From Phoronis australis (lineage: Eukaryota; Animalia; Phoronida): a stretch of 64,000 nucleotides of DNA. The notes beneath the pieces are model-generated. The model saw nothing but the letters and a program-made list of their open reading frames with translations, made no database searches and was not told where the DNA came from. Positions 51,148-64,000 of this stretch are shown one piece after another; positions within the stretch are counted from its first letter, which is position 1, and every line of letters starts with the position of its first letter. The position numbers and the translations under genes are program-made. Location: the NCBI GenBank assembly GCA_002633005.1, contig NMRA01000002.1, positions 2,326,655-2,390,654 of the forward strand, written 5' to 3'.

Positions 51148-52129
51148 CTGTTCAATTCGGAAGTTTATATTGGATAAACACGACATATAACTGTACGTAC
51201 ACCAAAGACTCCTGTTACAAGTCTCTATCAACAATCAGCGCTTTCGATACGAACACGTTTAATATAAAATGAAAATGAGACCAACATAATTGCAACTAAA
51301 AGTCCCTAACATACTGTTTGATTAAGAAGGGCCACAAAAGCAGTTTGTCCTGACTTCATGCACTTGCAAAATTAAAAGCTGAAGGTTTTAATCAAGTTGT
51401 GAATATAAATCTTTGCAGCCTGTGACCGGTAGCATAAAACACGTCCTAATAGGGGCCCAACTGTATTCTCACCTAAATTTTCAGCGTATTTTTAGATTCA
51501 CTCATGTTATATTTCCCATCACTTTACACATCTTTACGGCTCTGCTATTTTTTGTGACTTGCTTGATAAATGAGAACCCAAGTTGAATTAAGAACGTTGC
51601 ATGAAAAGCTTCCTATTAATTCTCAACAAATATCGGAGTTGCAACGCCACCATATTGGGGGCGCTGTAGGGGCATGGGCGCTTATTAGGGCGAATAGCGG
51701 CGAACAGCAGCATAGTTAAAGGCAATACAAATCACATTTCAGTCATTCCACACACGTTCATCAATCCCAATAGCCTTTGCGCACCCGAATTTCCGGACAT
51801 GCCCAATCGTTAAATCGATTCGGTTGCAACTCCTCTATTCAACGTGGAGTTGAGCCTTGGTTAATATGTTGTCGCCATCATTGATTAGACGTTTCTTTTA
51901 TGCATATTACAACCGTGAATTCAATATCGCAAAAATGAGGAAATAGAACAAAGGCGACATTAGTTGAAAGTTCCTTAGATGCACAGACACGAATGTGATG
52001 TACACCACAGAGCTCTAGCCCTGGAATGCCAACTTCGATCTCGTGCTGCTAAGGTTGCGCCGCGCATGTGTGGCATTTGTATTCAGTTGTTCCGGTGTTG
52101 GTTATTCCTGTGAATTTGCTGTCACTAAA

Positions 52130-54691
52130 ACTTCTTGCAATTCCGTCGTTTTAAAACCGAGTTGCATAAGAGTCATGTCATTAGAAAGAACTTCACCAGT
52201 TCTTGGTGGTGTATGATTATCGCAGAAGAAAATGCTAAACAATTTAATTGATAATAATAATGATTTGGCATACCTGATAAAATTGTGTAATAGTAATATA
52301 AACAAGTAAATGAACCACGGAGGTGATATGAATAAACCAGCAGGGAAATAGTTTAATTGATTCAAAAGATCTCTACACTATCAAGAGAAAGATTTTAGAA
52401 TATGGGTCCCTCACAATTGCTGTGAAGAATTTAATCAGGCATTCATCCAAAATTATACATCTTTATATATTAATTGGGCCATAGATGCCGTTTGATACAG
52501 TTCTTCAGCAATAAAAACAGGATGCAGTGACATTCACAAAAATGTGATCAACTTATTACTCCAACTACCTATTCGAAATTTGCAGATAAAGGCTTTTTGA
52601 TAGATAAAAATGAGCAAACATCAACTGCGTGGGCTTGGAATGTGTTGTGGATAGAACATTACTATGGGTTGCAGTGTAAGACTTTCCGTAATAGTTTGTA
52701 AAACTCGTTTATTCACAAAGTTAAAATTAGTGATCCTGGTACACCCAGCGTTTTACCATAAACAAGACACATTGGAACACATTTTTACGATTGTAACTTA
52801 AGTAAAAAGTGGTCTCAGGAAAATAACAATATTGATGACAAAGAGACAAAAGAACACCTGTTCCACAGTTGTCAATGTTCGAGAATGAAAACGGGACAAC
52901 TGGATTGAAAAGTGGAAATTCCGGATAAAAAGCGTGGCATCTGGATCCATGCCAAAACGCAAGGATGAAATGTTCGCCGCAACACACAAAAACGTCCCGA
53001 CAGCGTTTTTTTGTGGAACGGGAGACGTTACACTCATAAGTGCTCGACGGCGTTTTTTGTTTTTTCTTAAAAGACGATGCATAATTGCGGGTGCCTCAAA
53101 AACCCATGAAACGGCCCGTTTATTTTTCTTAGTCTGATCTGCTGGTAACTGACTAGTGCTACATGCACGTGGCGCGTGGGAAATTACAGTGGTAATTCAT
53201 AATACAAGTAGGTTGCCGTCACAGGCGCTTGGGTTTATCGCAAATGACGTCACTCAATAATATATATATATATATAAGAAAACATAAAGGTTGGACCCTC
53301 GAAATCTGTTTGCTCAGAATTTTCTACTCAAATGTGCATGGAACTCCACGAAACTAGCATCGGACAACTCTTAGAATACTTTCTTTCATTCGATCTCTTC
53401 AAATTGCCGTCGAGTGGTGATTTGGAGACAAAAATGACAAAAGAATGCCAAAATCACAAATTCAAGGACGTGATTCCGTGATGTCATGGCAGACGGTCTT
53501 CGCACATCCGGGTTTTTGAAGGACGCTCGCGAGCTAAATCCGAAAGTCTAATTTCGCGCGGCTTTCATCATCAATCCCTCGACTACTTGATCATGAGAAG
53601 CAGANACTTCTTGCAATTCCGTCGTTTTAAAACCGAGTTGCATAAGAGTCATGTCATTAGAAAGAACTTCACCAGTTCTTGGTGGTGTATGATTATCGCA
53701 GAAGAAAATGCTAAACAATTTAATTGATATTAATAATGATTTGGCATACCTGATAAAATTGTGTAATAGTAACATAAACAAGTAGATGTAAATGAACCAC
53801 GGAGGTGATATGAATAAACCAGCAGGGAAATAGTTTAATTGATTCAAAAGATCTCTACACTATCAAGAGAAAGATTTTAGAATATGGGTCCCTCGCAATT
53901 GCTGTGAAGAATTTAATCAGGCATTCATCCAAAATCATACATCTTTATATATTAATTGGCCTTAGATGCCGTTTGATACAGTTCTTTAGCAATAAAAACA
54001 GGATGCAGTGACATTTAAAAAAATGTGATCAACTTATTACTCCAACTACCTATTAGAAATTTGCAGATAAAGGCTTTTTGATAGATAAAAATGAGCAAAC
54101 ATCAACTGCGTGTGCTTGGAATGTGTTGTGGATAGAACATTACTATGGGTTGCAGTGTAGCACTTTCCGTAGTAGTTTGTAAAACTCGTTTATTCAGAAA
54201 GTTAAAATTAGTGATCCTGGTACACCCAGCGTTTTACCATAAACAAGACACATTGGAACACATGTTTACGATTGTAACTTAAGTAAAAAGTGGACTCAGG
54301 AAAATAACAATATTTATGACAAAGAGACAAAAGAACACCTGTTCCACAGTTGTCAATATTCGAGAATGAAAACGGGACAACTGGATTGAAAAGTGGAAAT
54401 TCCGGATAAAAAGCGTGGCATCTTGATTCATGCCAAAACGCAAGGATGAAATGTTCGCCGCAACACACAAAAACGTCCCGACAGCGTTTTTTTTTGTGGA
54501 ACGGGAGACGTTACACTCAAAAGTGCTCGACGGCGTTTTTTGTTTTTTCTTAAAAGACGATGCATAATTGCGGGTGCCTCAAAAACCCATGAAACGGCCC
54601 GTTTCGTTTTCTGCTGGAAATTGACTAGTGCTACGTGCACGTGGCGCGTGGGAAATTACAGTAGTAATTCATAATACAAGTAGGTCGCCGT
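52130..54691. other. Two near-identical copies (52130-53219 and 53606-54691) across a single N: probable uncollapsed haplotypes
   Basis: Colinear with SNPs. The first copy continues into a transposon that is absent from the second. Confidence 0.85.
53220..53604. mobile_element. Left arm of the 8-bp-TSD transposon family (as 38368-39483), cut by the N junction
   Basis: CACAGGCGCTTGGGTTTATCGCAAATGACGTCAC... highly similar to 38368-38745. Confidence 0.9.
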
Positions 54692-56305
54692 GTGTCAAAA
54701 AGCGGGACAGTCGAGGGTGTCACGGGCTGTTGGTAAACTTTTCATTAACTCACAGATGTAGGTAAATAGAAATACTACAAATAACATTCACTGTCGAATT
54801 AACTGACAAAAGCCAATATCCGGGCTTCGTGTTAGTGTCTTAATATAAAAATAATAGAATAGAATACGAAGTAATGTACATGTCACCCGGAAATAGACGA
54901 ACTTCGTATCGAATGAACATGTTTCTGCATACAGCCGAGTTCCGTAGACGCAAGAGTGTCGCTGTGATCACGTGCTTCACTTGCAATAGTGGCGGGTTAT
55001 ATCATACATACACGAACAACATGTACAGCGACGAAGTTTTGTTTGATCTTGCGTTTTGCGAGCGGGTCTACGGAACGCACGCCTGGTCTTGCTGGTACAA
55101 TTACATGAGAGATTGTTTTTTTATAATGTTTATTACGAAATCTTCGATACAATGAATATACATAACCCAGAAAGCGCCAAGAGGCATTATATCTGGGTTA
55201 AAAAAGTACAAAGAAATCTATATACAATTATTTTACACAAATACATAAAACAAAAATCTGTATACAATTTTTTTAAACAAATACATAAATTAAAAAAGCT
55301 AATGTCAAGATTACAATGACATATGATTACGAAAGTAAATAAATCATTTTCATACACATGTATACAATTCTATCCACTCACACAAAGAGATTCAATATTA
55401 TAAAGAAATTTTGATACTATTTCGAATAAAACCTTATTTTCATTTGGGTTGAGTTCTTGACTTCCATATAGAAAAAGTAATTTTGTTGTACACTTGCGGA
55501 ATTTCAGAATATTTTTTATAAATATTGGGGTATTGTTCGAGTGTCTGGAAAAGCTGTGTCCTCTGCTTCTTGCATACCTCACAAGCAAAGAAAACATGGG
55601 CATTTGTCTGTGCGTCTCCACAGCAACACAGAGGCGAAATATATTTAAAATTATGTCTAAATTCCTCGTTGTTTAGGAATAGACCGCATCTTGATATGTA
55701 AAGGATTATTTCGTGATTGGAACGATGTCAATGGGACTGGCAACTCTTGAGTAGTAGTGTGCATTTTAAAGTTATTTTTTAGAGTGACAACTTAAGTGCT
55801 TTCTTTTATTTTGGATGGTATGGAATATTCCAGTTCTCACTACAAGTTAATATGGTAGATTTCCTGAAGGCTTGGCTGAGGGAAGATGGAATAGTGTGCA
55901 TATTACTTTGCCGCAGTCTTGGTCTCGTGTTAGGCCTTTTGTACGAGTCAAAGAGGATTTTATTTGAGTAATTGTTTATTTGGTTAAGACATTGAATGTA
56001 TACATGGACAAGGGGAGTTTACGACGGGTTGCTAGTTTGCTCCAGTTGAGAGTGTTTAGAACCTTGATTTTGTTGGATCCTTTGTATGCTCCTGTTTTAT
56101 GGCTAAAGCTGCTTGGTATTGTAGTCTTTCTTATTGAAGAAGTATGCCAGCGTTTGCCGATTGGTAGATTATGTCACAGTAATCTAGATGTGGATGAAAA
56201 AAAGACCTAAATTAAAATTGTCTCTTGTCATCTCAACTCCATGCATCTTGAGAGATTGTTCGCATGCAGTTACATCCTGGCTGCTCATAGAGAAAGCTGA
56301 CTTAC

Positions 56306-56370
56306 CCATCACTTAGTGTAAACGGATCCTTATCGTCGTCCTGATCTGGCGAGTTAGATCGGATAGACAT
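56306..56370 (-). CDS. Coiled-coil protein exon 1 (start)
   Basis: ATG...MSIRSNSPDQDDDKDPFTLSDG|gtaagt. 65 nt, and the phase-2 donor fits the 51147 acceptor. The five exons total 1461 nt (486 aa plus stop). Confidence 0.65.
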
Positions 56371-57807
56371 AGCGGTCTTTGTACAGCGTTTTGTGCTAAA
56401 AATTTGACTAACTTCAGCAATAACATGTATCACCTATTAACTGTAGACTTTCTCAAGATGGAGTGCTAGTGTGACCACAGTGATCGATCAATAGTGACGG
56501 ACTTACAGTCAATAAATATTTCGTTGTTTTCTGGTATGTTGAATTTTATTAACAATATAAACAACAGAACACCATTGATCCTCATTGATTGGGCATTTGA
56601 ACACTTGCGAGGAATTCGTTTGTTGTTATTCATGTCCCTTTTGATTATTGGTTTGCATATTGTCACCGGATGCTAAGATGACAATGTCAAGTAAAAGTCT
56701 TAGCCTCGTTGCAGCCTCCGGCTTCGTGCTAGCATAGGCCATAGTTGTCTGCCAAGATTCTTGAATATTGGCTTTCATATTGGAAACTCAGGATACTGGC
56801 CCGGATACCGAGACTATGATTGTGCTGCTTTGGCACTCAGCGGACAACAATGTAATTATTGCGATGAACGTACAGTATATGTGCCCATGTAATTGTTGGG
56901 AGAGAGACCTTTTGTTACTTAATGTAATAAGGCTACTTGACGTCCAGAACAGATTGGAGTCATCTAGTCTCTGTTATGGTACTTAGAAAGCGTTAACATT
57001 TTAATGGAAACCTACGTAAATTTTGTTTAAGCTCTATCAATTTTATTTCACGATGTCTTATGAAGTATTGCACTGGTTTATTACATCGTAACATTGTTTA
57101 ATGCATTCAACTTTGTAAACCATGACCGGCTCAAAACCCATAACCTACGAGAACAAAATACCAGTCTTAGTGTGCACAATTTAAAGAAAAATCAGTTATT
57201 TTTAGAGCAATTGCATCCAGTTTTTGTTTTGTTTGTTGTCATCATAATTTTTAAAATGGACCCACATCATGGTGAACTTGTGACCGCACCATTTAAATGT
57301 CCTGTGAACCAACCTGAGCCACTACCAATGAACTCAAAGGAGTTGTGTACGTACAGTAATTATGATCGTGCACCGGAGCGACACCTGGCAGGTGTGGTCA
57401 CAGTTTTTATTTAACTTATCATACGTTTTGACCTAATAATCTATGCTACCGAGACCAATATATCAAAGTTTTATCTCAAGAGCAAATATTATGCTGACGT
57501 TCTCTGGGTGTTGCCCGTAAAGTTTTATAAATCCTTTAAAACGGATATAAGAACAGGAAACAAACTATTCTCTTCATTTGATCACCGACCATGGTCAACA
57601 TATAACTTCAGAAACGTTTTTTCACACTACGTCGTACGTTCCCTCAGCTGATTGCATAGGGACTATTGTGTGACATTAAAGTCCAGTTCACGGCACAAAG
57701 ATAACGGAACAAGAGCATCGTTAATTCGAGTTGAGCTGATAACGTTGGACAGTCTGGAAATTTCTGGAGCTACTTTATGTAGGTCGGTTTAAATTCACAC
57801 AACAAAA

Positions 57808-58078
57808 ATGTTTAAGTTCTGGACTAGAAGAACGAAAAAGAAGAAGTCGAAGGCCCCTTGGGACTTTCACGGAAGTCTACGCATGGATGATGACGACCTG
57901 GATTCCTCCTTTGCCAGGCACACGTTTCATTCCACGCCAGATTTACAGAAACTTCAGGGGTCATGCAACTCGGGCGTGTTGTTGAAGTCACAGAGTTCCT
58001 CCATGTTGCTTATTGCTCGCGAACTGCCAAGTGACAGAGATGCATATAATTTGAACAACAACGAAAATGACGAAGAAG
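57808..58078 (+). CDS. Probable formin-like (GBD/FH3-type) protein, exon 1
   Basis: caaaaATG in good context. MFKFWTRRTKKKKSKAPW...NENDEE|gtgagt, 271 nt, phase 1. Confidence 0.72.
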
Positions 58079-60113
58079 GTGAGTGTTGTGAACAATAACG
58101 TGTACTCGTTTCTTTCTATTGCCAATTTTTGATGTGCAGTATTTCTCACCAGCACAAGATGTCACGTTCGTCAGTTGTATATCTAATTTAATTAATGAAA
58201 AGAGACATTCGGTGTTAGGGCTTTCCAGTTTCCAGGTGTCTAGTTTGTTTACCATCAGACAACTTGTATTGGATACTTTGGGTCAAACTGAAGATTTTGA
58301 ACAGATATGTCGTGTTGAAAAAGTGACACAAAGAGTGGCTGCGTTGGATGATTTGCGTCACATTTCGTTTCATGTAGTTTTGAACTAACGCTAGAGTCAA
58401 TCTTTAGAAACGACCAACAAGCACTTTCTCGGGCGTCTTTCGTTAGTTGAATGTTGTAATCGTTCATTTCATATTTCACAAAACTCTATATTATGTGTGT
58501 CAGATGCAAGTTGAACTATATTCTGAAGGCACAAACATTTTTCAATCAAGTAAATGTAAACTGATGAGTCAGCCAGCGTAGGACTTTCGTGAGTAAAAAA
58601 TCTGAATTGCGTGATAATTTTACCAGTACAATGTATCAAATGAACGTTGACATCGAATGGGGTTATCTAATTACCGGGTGTGCGATAAAATATTTTGCAA
58701 TAAACTAGCCATACCTGTTTAGATAATGTGGATTTAGTTGGGCGTTAAACATGAACCCCACGTGATCCACTTTTAAATTTAGAACAAATTTCGAAATGCA
58801 AGCAGCAGGGTGCCATTTATGAGTTGATATTATTTACGAGCAAGTCGAAAATATAAAGTCAATTCTAACGCTAACTAATTTATTCAAAACGCGTTCTCGC
58901 AATTATGGTATGCTTATGAATTGAAAAATCTGCTAGTTCAATGCATTCTAAACTATGTTGTGATTTCGCCTAAAGCTGATTTCGTCATGTGCTCATGCAC
59001 GTAATTAGTATCTCAACTGATCAAAACCTGTAACAGAATCCTTACCACGTCACTAGCACAATGTCGATCTGGTGGACCGAGGCAGTCTGTTTTCCCAGCC
59101 ATAGCCGTCGATAAACTCCGCTAAGCGTTACTCACGCTGTGCGAAGCTTTAGTCACCCTTGTCTATTCAGCAGATTTTGCAAGGGGTAGTCGACCTTAGT
59201 CCAAAGTTTTGAGGCTTGACGTGTGCTGCAGAGCGTTATTTTGTTTATAGTTATTCAAATGACCTAGCGGTAGTTTATGCCTGTTCGTAAGCTAAAATAT
59301 AGTTCAGTGTACTTTTAGTTACACAATTACATATCGGAGTTTTACAAAATTCCCCTCATGGTAACGTCTTTTGGTTGGTGAATAAATCCTGTATGTTCTA
59401 AACTGGTGAGAACGAAATAACGAGTGCTTTTAAAAAAGCACACGTGTCAGTGACTTGGCTGCAATGAGATATATATATAGCTCAGTGACTGGCATATTCT
59501 CATCCGCTGACGTGCTGTGCGCGTGCGAGGAAAGCAGCCAGTCAGAAATCGGGGAGATATCCGGCAGCCTGCTAACAATGGAGATTGACGTCATTGTTAC
59601 GAACTCGATATTTTGTTTAGTGTTTGCATTTTTTAGGAAGGCCTTATACTGTTAATATAAACTGGCAGTCAATGTTGAAATTAAAATTTGTTGTGTTAAT
59701 CTATTTTTGAATTTTTATAGTTAGAAAACGACAATAAACAAAAATATCTACCACAAACGGCAAACTGTTTGACTATATTTCGTGGCCATTGGTCATGTCT
59801 CAATCTCATGCACTTTTCGAAAAATATTTTTGCGTGACAGGTATTAAGATGATTTAAAAATCAAAGTATAACAGATTTACAAGTATATAACTACAAAGAA
59901 ACTGTAACAGAGAGCACTGGCAGTCCATTATGCTGAATATATTTGGCAATGGTTTATTCATGTAGACATGTGCATGTTGTGACCAAATTTGTAAAACGTG
60001 ACATTTTTATACATGTAGCATGGCACAAGGACATCTAAAAATCGCTAATGTAACAATCAATATTTGAGGGCTCATTGAGAATTCAGTGCATTATTTTGTC
60101 AATAACCCGTTAG

Positions 60114-60241
60114 ATGGCGACGCCGACTCGGGCCGGGACACAGTTTACAGCAGCCAAGACTTCCAAGCAGAGTTCACTGACGGAGCTGAGAATGAAATGC
60201 CACCCCCGAGAGAAGTCCATCGTCAGTTTGAAGAATACCTG
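60114..60241 (+). CDS. Probable formin-like protein, exon 2 (start of GBD-like segment); the gene probably continues beyond the window
   Basis: ttag|.GDADSGRDTVYSSQDFQAEFTDGAENEMPPPREVHRQFEEYL|gtgagc, phase 1-0 and compatible with exon 1. MPPxxExxxxFxxxL resembles the start of Diaphanous-related formin GBDs (e.g. DAAM PMPPVEELDVMFSEL). Confidence 0.65.
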
Positions 60242-63009
60242 GTGAGCATGCTATGTTTAATTATAATAACTGGTATACGTACATGTATATGTGTCTAATT
60301 TCTGGCTATTTCTAAACAAACTCTGTCGGCAAGAAAAACGTTTATTAGAAACTAGCAGTAGCGCGGAATTGAGAAGACTAGAAAATTAGCAGCAGTCGAA
60401 CGCTCTGCAGTAAATTGTAGAGTACCTACATGTAAGCCTATTTTAAATGGCAAAGACACCGGCCTGGATTCCAACGATTGCCTAGGTGGAGTTCCAACAG
60501 CAGATCGCAAAATATTGACTTGCACCATTAGCAAAAAATCTTCAGTCATGGAACGGAAACCCTGAATTTATTCAACGCCATTATTCAAATTCAACACTCA
60601 AACCTCGCCAAAAATCAGTACAGTGGCCACTACCGTGTGATAACAGACTACTGGAAATTTCTGAATATAGAGCTATGGGCGGCTATTCGGAAAACGAGCA
60701 TTCAAACGTAAATGAAACCGAATAAACGACCGGGCACATTTTCGGAAATTAGAAATTTTGTCAAATATTTCATGATGCATTTTTTGTCAAACAAACATAG
60801 TTATGAATTTTTATTCAAATGAACTCATCCTTGTTCATGGATGTACACTGAAATTGTATTTCACTAATAAAAACTTTCTTCGTTCATACTTACTGAGCAC
60901 TCAACAAACACACTGCGTTAAAAATACCCTTCATCATGTGCTCACAGATTTTCAAAACATGCAAGCAGTTACCGAAAATATGCTCAGGAGAACACTTTTA
61001 TGTGGATATATTTTCGAGAATTCCCGGTAGTAAGTTCCTGAAAATAGTTGCGAAAAAACTCGCTTTTCACTGATGTGGTTTTGTGAATTTTTCCGAGAGC
61101 TTTCCTTGCGAGAAACTAGGTTTACCGAACGCTGTAATGACAGACAAAGGGGAGAATTCACAGTTTGTAATAAATCATAAAGCACAACGGATTTGTTGTT
61201 CTAGAACAATGGCCAAAGGTTATAGTCCCAAGAAGTCTAACCATCCACAAAAATTAATATAATCCAAAATTCCAGGTTTTCAGTTCTGTCCATAAAAACG
61301 GCAAGGAATCTTAAGCTGCTGTATACATGTACAGTACCATATCTGGCGTTAAAATACTGGCATTGCTTATTTCCTCATCCAAAACGAATTTATGTAGGTT
61401 TATTATCCTTTGGATTGGAGTTGGAACTGTTTTCAGTATATCTCACGGAATTCCCCTGACCGCCGAACTGCCTGAAACTAACCCGTCGTGATACTAAGAA
61501 ACCGGATGAAGCAATAACGGGTGTCGGTGTCTCTCAAGCCGAAATATCATTTCAAATGTGAGTAAGAATCAAGATGAGGCCAATTTTTAACAGTTGGTGA
61601 TCTAGGTTTTTGGCAGATGAAGACACGGTTTGTTTCCCCTTTAAGTCGAAAAACAAAAACGACAATTTACTGGATGTGCTGTTTGAATGACCAGAGATCT
61701 TCTATGTGCAAATTATTATCTTAGGCATCGTGTTTCACACAATGGCAGCTGTCGCGTTTTGATTTAATTATGCGTCTCAGGAGATAAGATTTGTCAGAAC
61801 TTTTTGTTTTTTATGGTTATAGTAAGGTTGGAATGAGATTGATAGATGTTTGGTTTGGCTTTATAAACGGCTTCGTTTTCATTTTATAATACCCTGAAGG
61901 TCAAGAATATTTGAAAACTGTCTCATGACAATCGACTCACGTTACTGTAGGCGTACTAACGTCATGAAGATGTACATGTATGAGAAAGGCGTAATCAAGT
62001 AGCCTCTACCTGTAGTGCACGAGCTGTTATCAAGAGTTCCAGCCCATGCAAGAACGTTAACTCAGTTGAGACACAAGGCCAACACGTACATGTACATGTA
62101 GTAGGGATGGTTAAAGCGGCACCAAACAGGAGCACGCTGCGAAAACACAAAGTTTTGATATAGGCCCATGCACCACTTACCATACAACTATGAAATTTGT
62201 CTTTTTGTTCATTACTAAGTTTAAAAGTGATCTATGGTCCCGGAAAGAACTGACATTCACACCAAGCTTATAAAACCACGAGGGAAACTGTGTTAAAATC
62301 TGAGCTGAGCTCCGTTAACGTAAGAATCTCGAAAGTAGAGCTAGTGCGATCACATGCTTTGCTTGTAATTATACATGGTGATATCTTGTGAAAACTTCGC
62401 GATTCTATTGCGTCTACGAAACAGGTATCGGCACTCTGGGATGCCCAGGCATTAGTTTTCGTCTGTCGGTAAAAAGGTCGTTTACCAACAAGCTGTCAAA
62501 TTCCTACAGTAAATGAACTACGTAGTTATTTTCTGCCGTTTGCTTATGTTGCATTTCACTACATCGGCGCTTAGACGGCATAAACAAAAATCAAATAACT
62601 CCTTCCTCTCTGGATAACAAAACCTATAGTAAGGATTCTACATCGGTGACCATCGAAACTATCTGCGACTGACAGAGTCTTAAAGAAAGCTCTTCGGATG
62701 ATTTTGGTTGACCAACCCTAGAATTGCGGAGGCGAAAACGGCACGTGTGGACTTCGCATTGCGTTTGACTTGTGTTGCCGACTTACCGGTACTCGAAAAT
62801 AAATCAAGATTGGGAATGAGGACGTTGACAAGGATCAAAGTGCTTCGGTAAAGAGTTTAACATCGACATGACCAAATGCAATTTTAAGTAAACAAATAAT
62901 ACATTTACACATTTTGAATATACTTAAACAATTTTTTCAGTTCTCATGAATTAGGGATGTTATTTTCCGTGTCTGGGATTCTAATTCCGTTACAAACTCA
63001 AGTCACAGG

Positions 63010-63221
63010 CAATGGGTGACGCACCTTAGGTGGCTGGCAGCGATAGCCCCCACTTATTTCAGTGCTGCGCCGCCCATGGTCAAATAGGTAGCGCACCATA
63101 GGTGTCTGGGGACTAAACCCCCACTTATTTCAGTGCTGCGCCGCCCATGGTCAAATAGGTAGCGCACCATATGGGTCTGGGGGTTATACCAACCACTTAT
63201 TTCAGTACTACGCCGCCCATG
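63010..63221. repeat. Tandem trimer (about 70-bp unit) of mini-MITE family B
   Basis: ccacttatttcagtgctgcgccgcccatg(gtcaaataggtagcgcaccata) three times. Same core as 25571-25650. Confidence 0.8.
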
Positions 63222-64000
63222 TACGTACATTGTACGTGTGTTAGGGTTGGTTAGTCTGAATAAACAATAAGGCGTCTATGAAGTCACTGACGCTCCCTGC
63301 TGCCTACGGAATCAGACTCTGACCACAGAAGGGTGTGTTATCAGACCGATTCTTTGAGAAAGGCGCAATTCAACCTTCGTTTTTAGCCAGCTTAAGAGAT
63401 CGAAATGCAGCAGATGACGCGCTACTTGTGACCTTGCTCATTGGAATAGGTTTCTTTTTGATTTTGTCCACCGGTCTTGGTGTCGGTATGAGCCAGGTGA
63501 CTGTTGACAAGCTCTCACATTGCATACGACAACAACTATTCACGAAATCTCTCATTCAGGTTTTATTTTCATTTCGCATGGCAACATCGTGTTTGATGCT
63601 TTAACACATCACACTAAACAAACCATAACCGTGGCGGTGCCCAGGGGAACGAGCATCTGCCACACCTCTATAATCCCTTGGCGCTGTTAACCATAACATA
63701 CCTGAAGTTCAAGTTTTTGCCAGCCTCATCCCAAAGTCTCAAGATGGCGCCGATTACCTATTTGAAGCTTGGTGAGGAGGTTTTGCGAGCTGATTGACCA
63801 CAGGCTTTCATCGTTGACAAGCGCAACACAAGAAATCCTCAGACACCTAAGTTTCTGAATACTTGACAGTTCTTGAAACTGAATTCTTGTCCCGAATTTT
63901 TGACGTACTATATTTCCGGGAAAGTGAATCAGGTTCTAAGTCAGATTTTAACTATTTTCACTGTCGTTGTTGTTGCTACCATTCGTGATTCGGAAGACAA

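Noticed and set aside
51635-51833. Possible MITE with GGAGTTGCAAC inverted ends
   Set aside because: It has only an 11-bp inverted match, with no TSD and no second copy in the window.
63335-63604. ORF with a hydrophobic stretch, as a membrane protein or further formin exon
   Set aside because: It has a non-ATG start, no convincing splice sites and no continuation of the GBD motif.

Overview
This is eukaryotic, AT-rich, intron-containing animal DNA from a draft assembly with N gaps. It is most likely a marine invertebrate bilaterian, but the taxon cannot be fixed from sequence alone. Five protein-coding loci can be reconstructed by splicing GT-AG exons by hand. (1) The 5' end of an SLC26 sulfate-transporter gene on the minus strand, best matching SLC26A11, runs off the left edge. 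(2) A complete 7-exon SGSH (heparan N-sulfatase/sulfamidase, about 515 aa) lies on the plus strand, head-to-head with (1) across a GC-rich promoter island, as in human. (3) A single-coding-exon uncharacterised ORF encodes about 279 aa. (4) A 5-exon minus-strand coiled-coil gene (about 486 aa) has internally repeated exons. (5) The first two exons of a probable formin-like (GBD) gene lie divergent to (4). Introns and intergenic DNA hold many non-autonomous DNA transposons with readable terminal inverted repeats (TIRs) and target-site duplications (TSDs): Harbinger-like (CAG), Kolobok-like (TTAA), two CATG-ended 5-bp-TSD families and an 8-bp-TSD family. One Kolobok-like copy keeps relics of a THAP gene and a convergent partner gene. 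There are also tRNA-derived SINE heads and minisatellites. Three tandem 'duplications' straddle single-N gaps and look like uncollapsed haplotypes; two of them expose structural polymorphisms. Most entries in the supplied ORF track are spurious.
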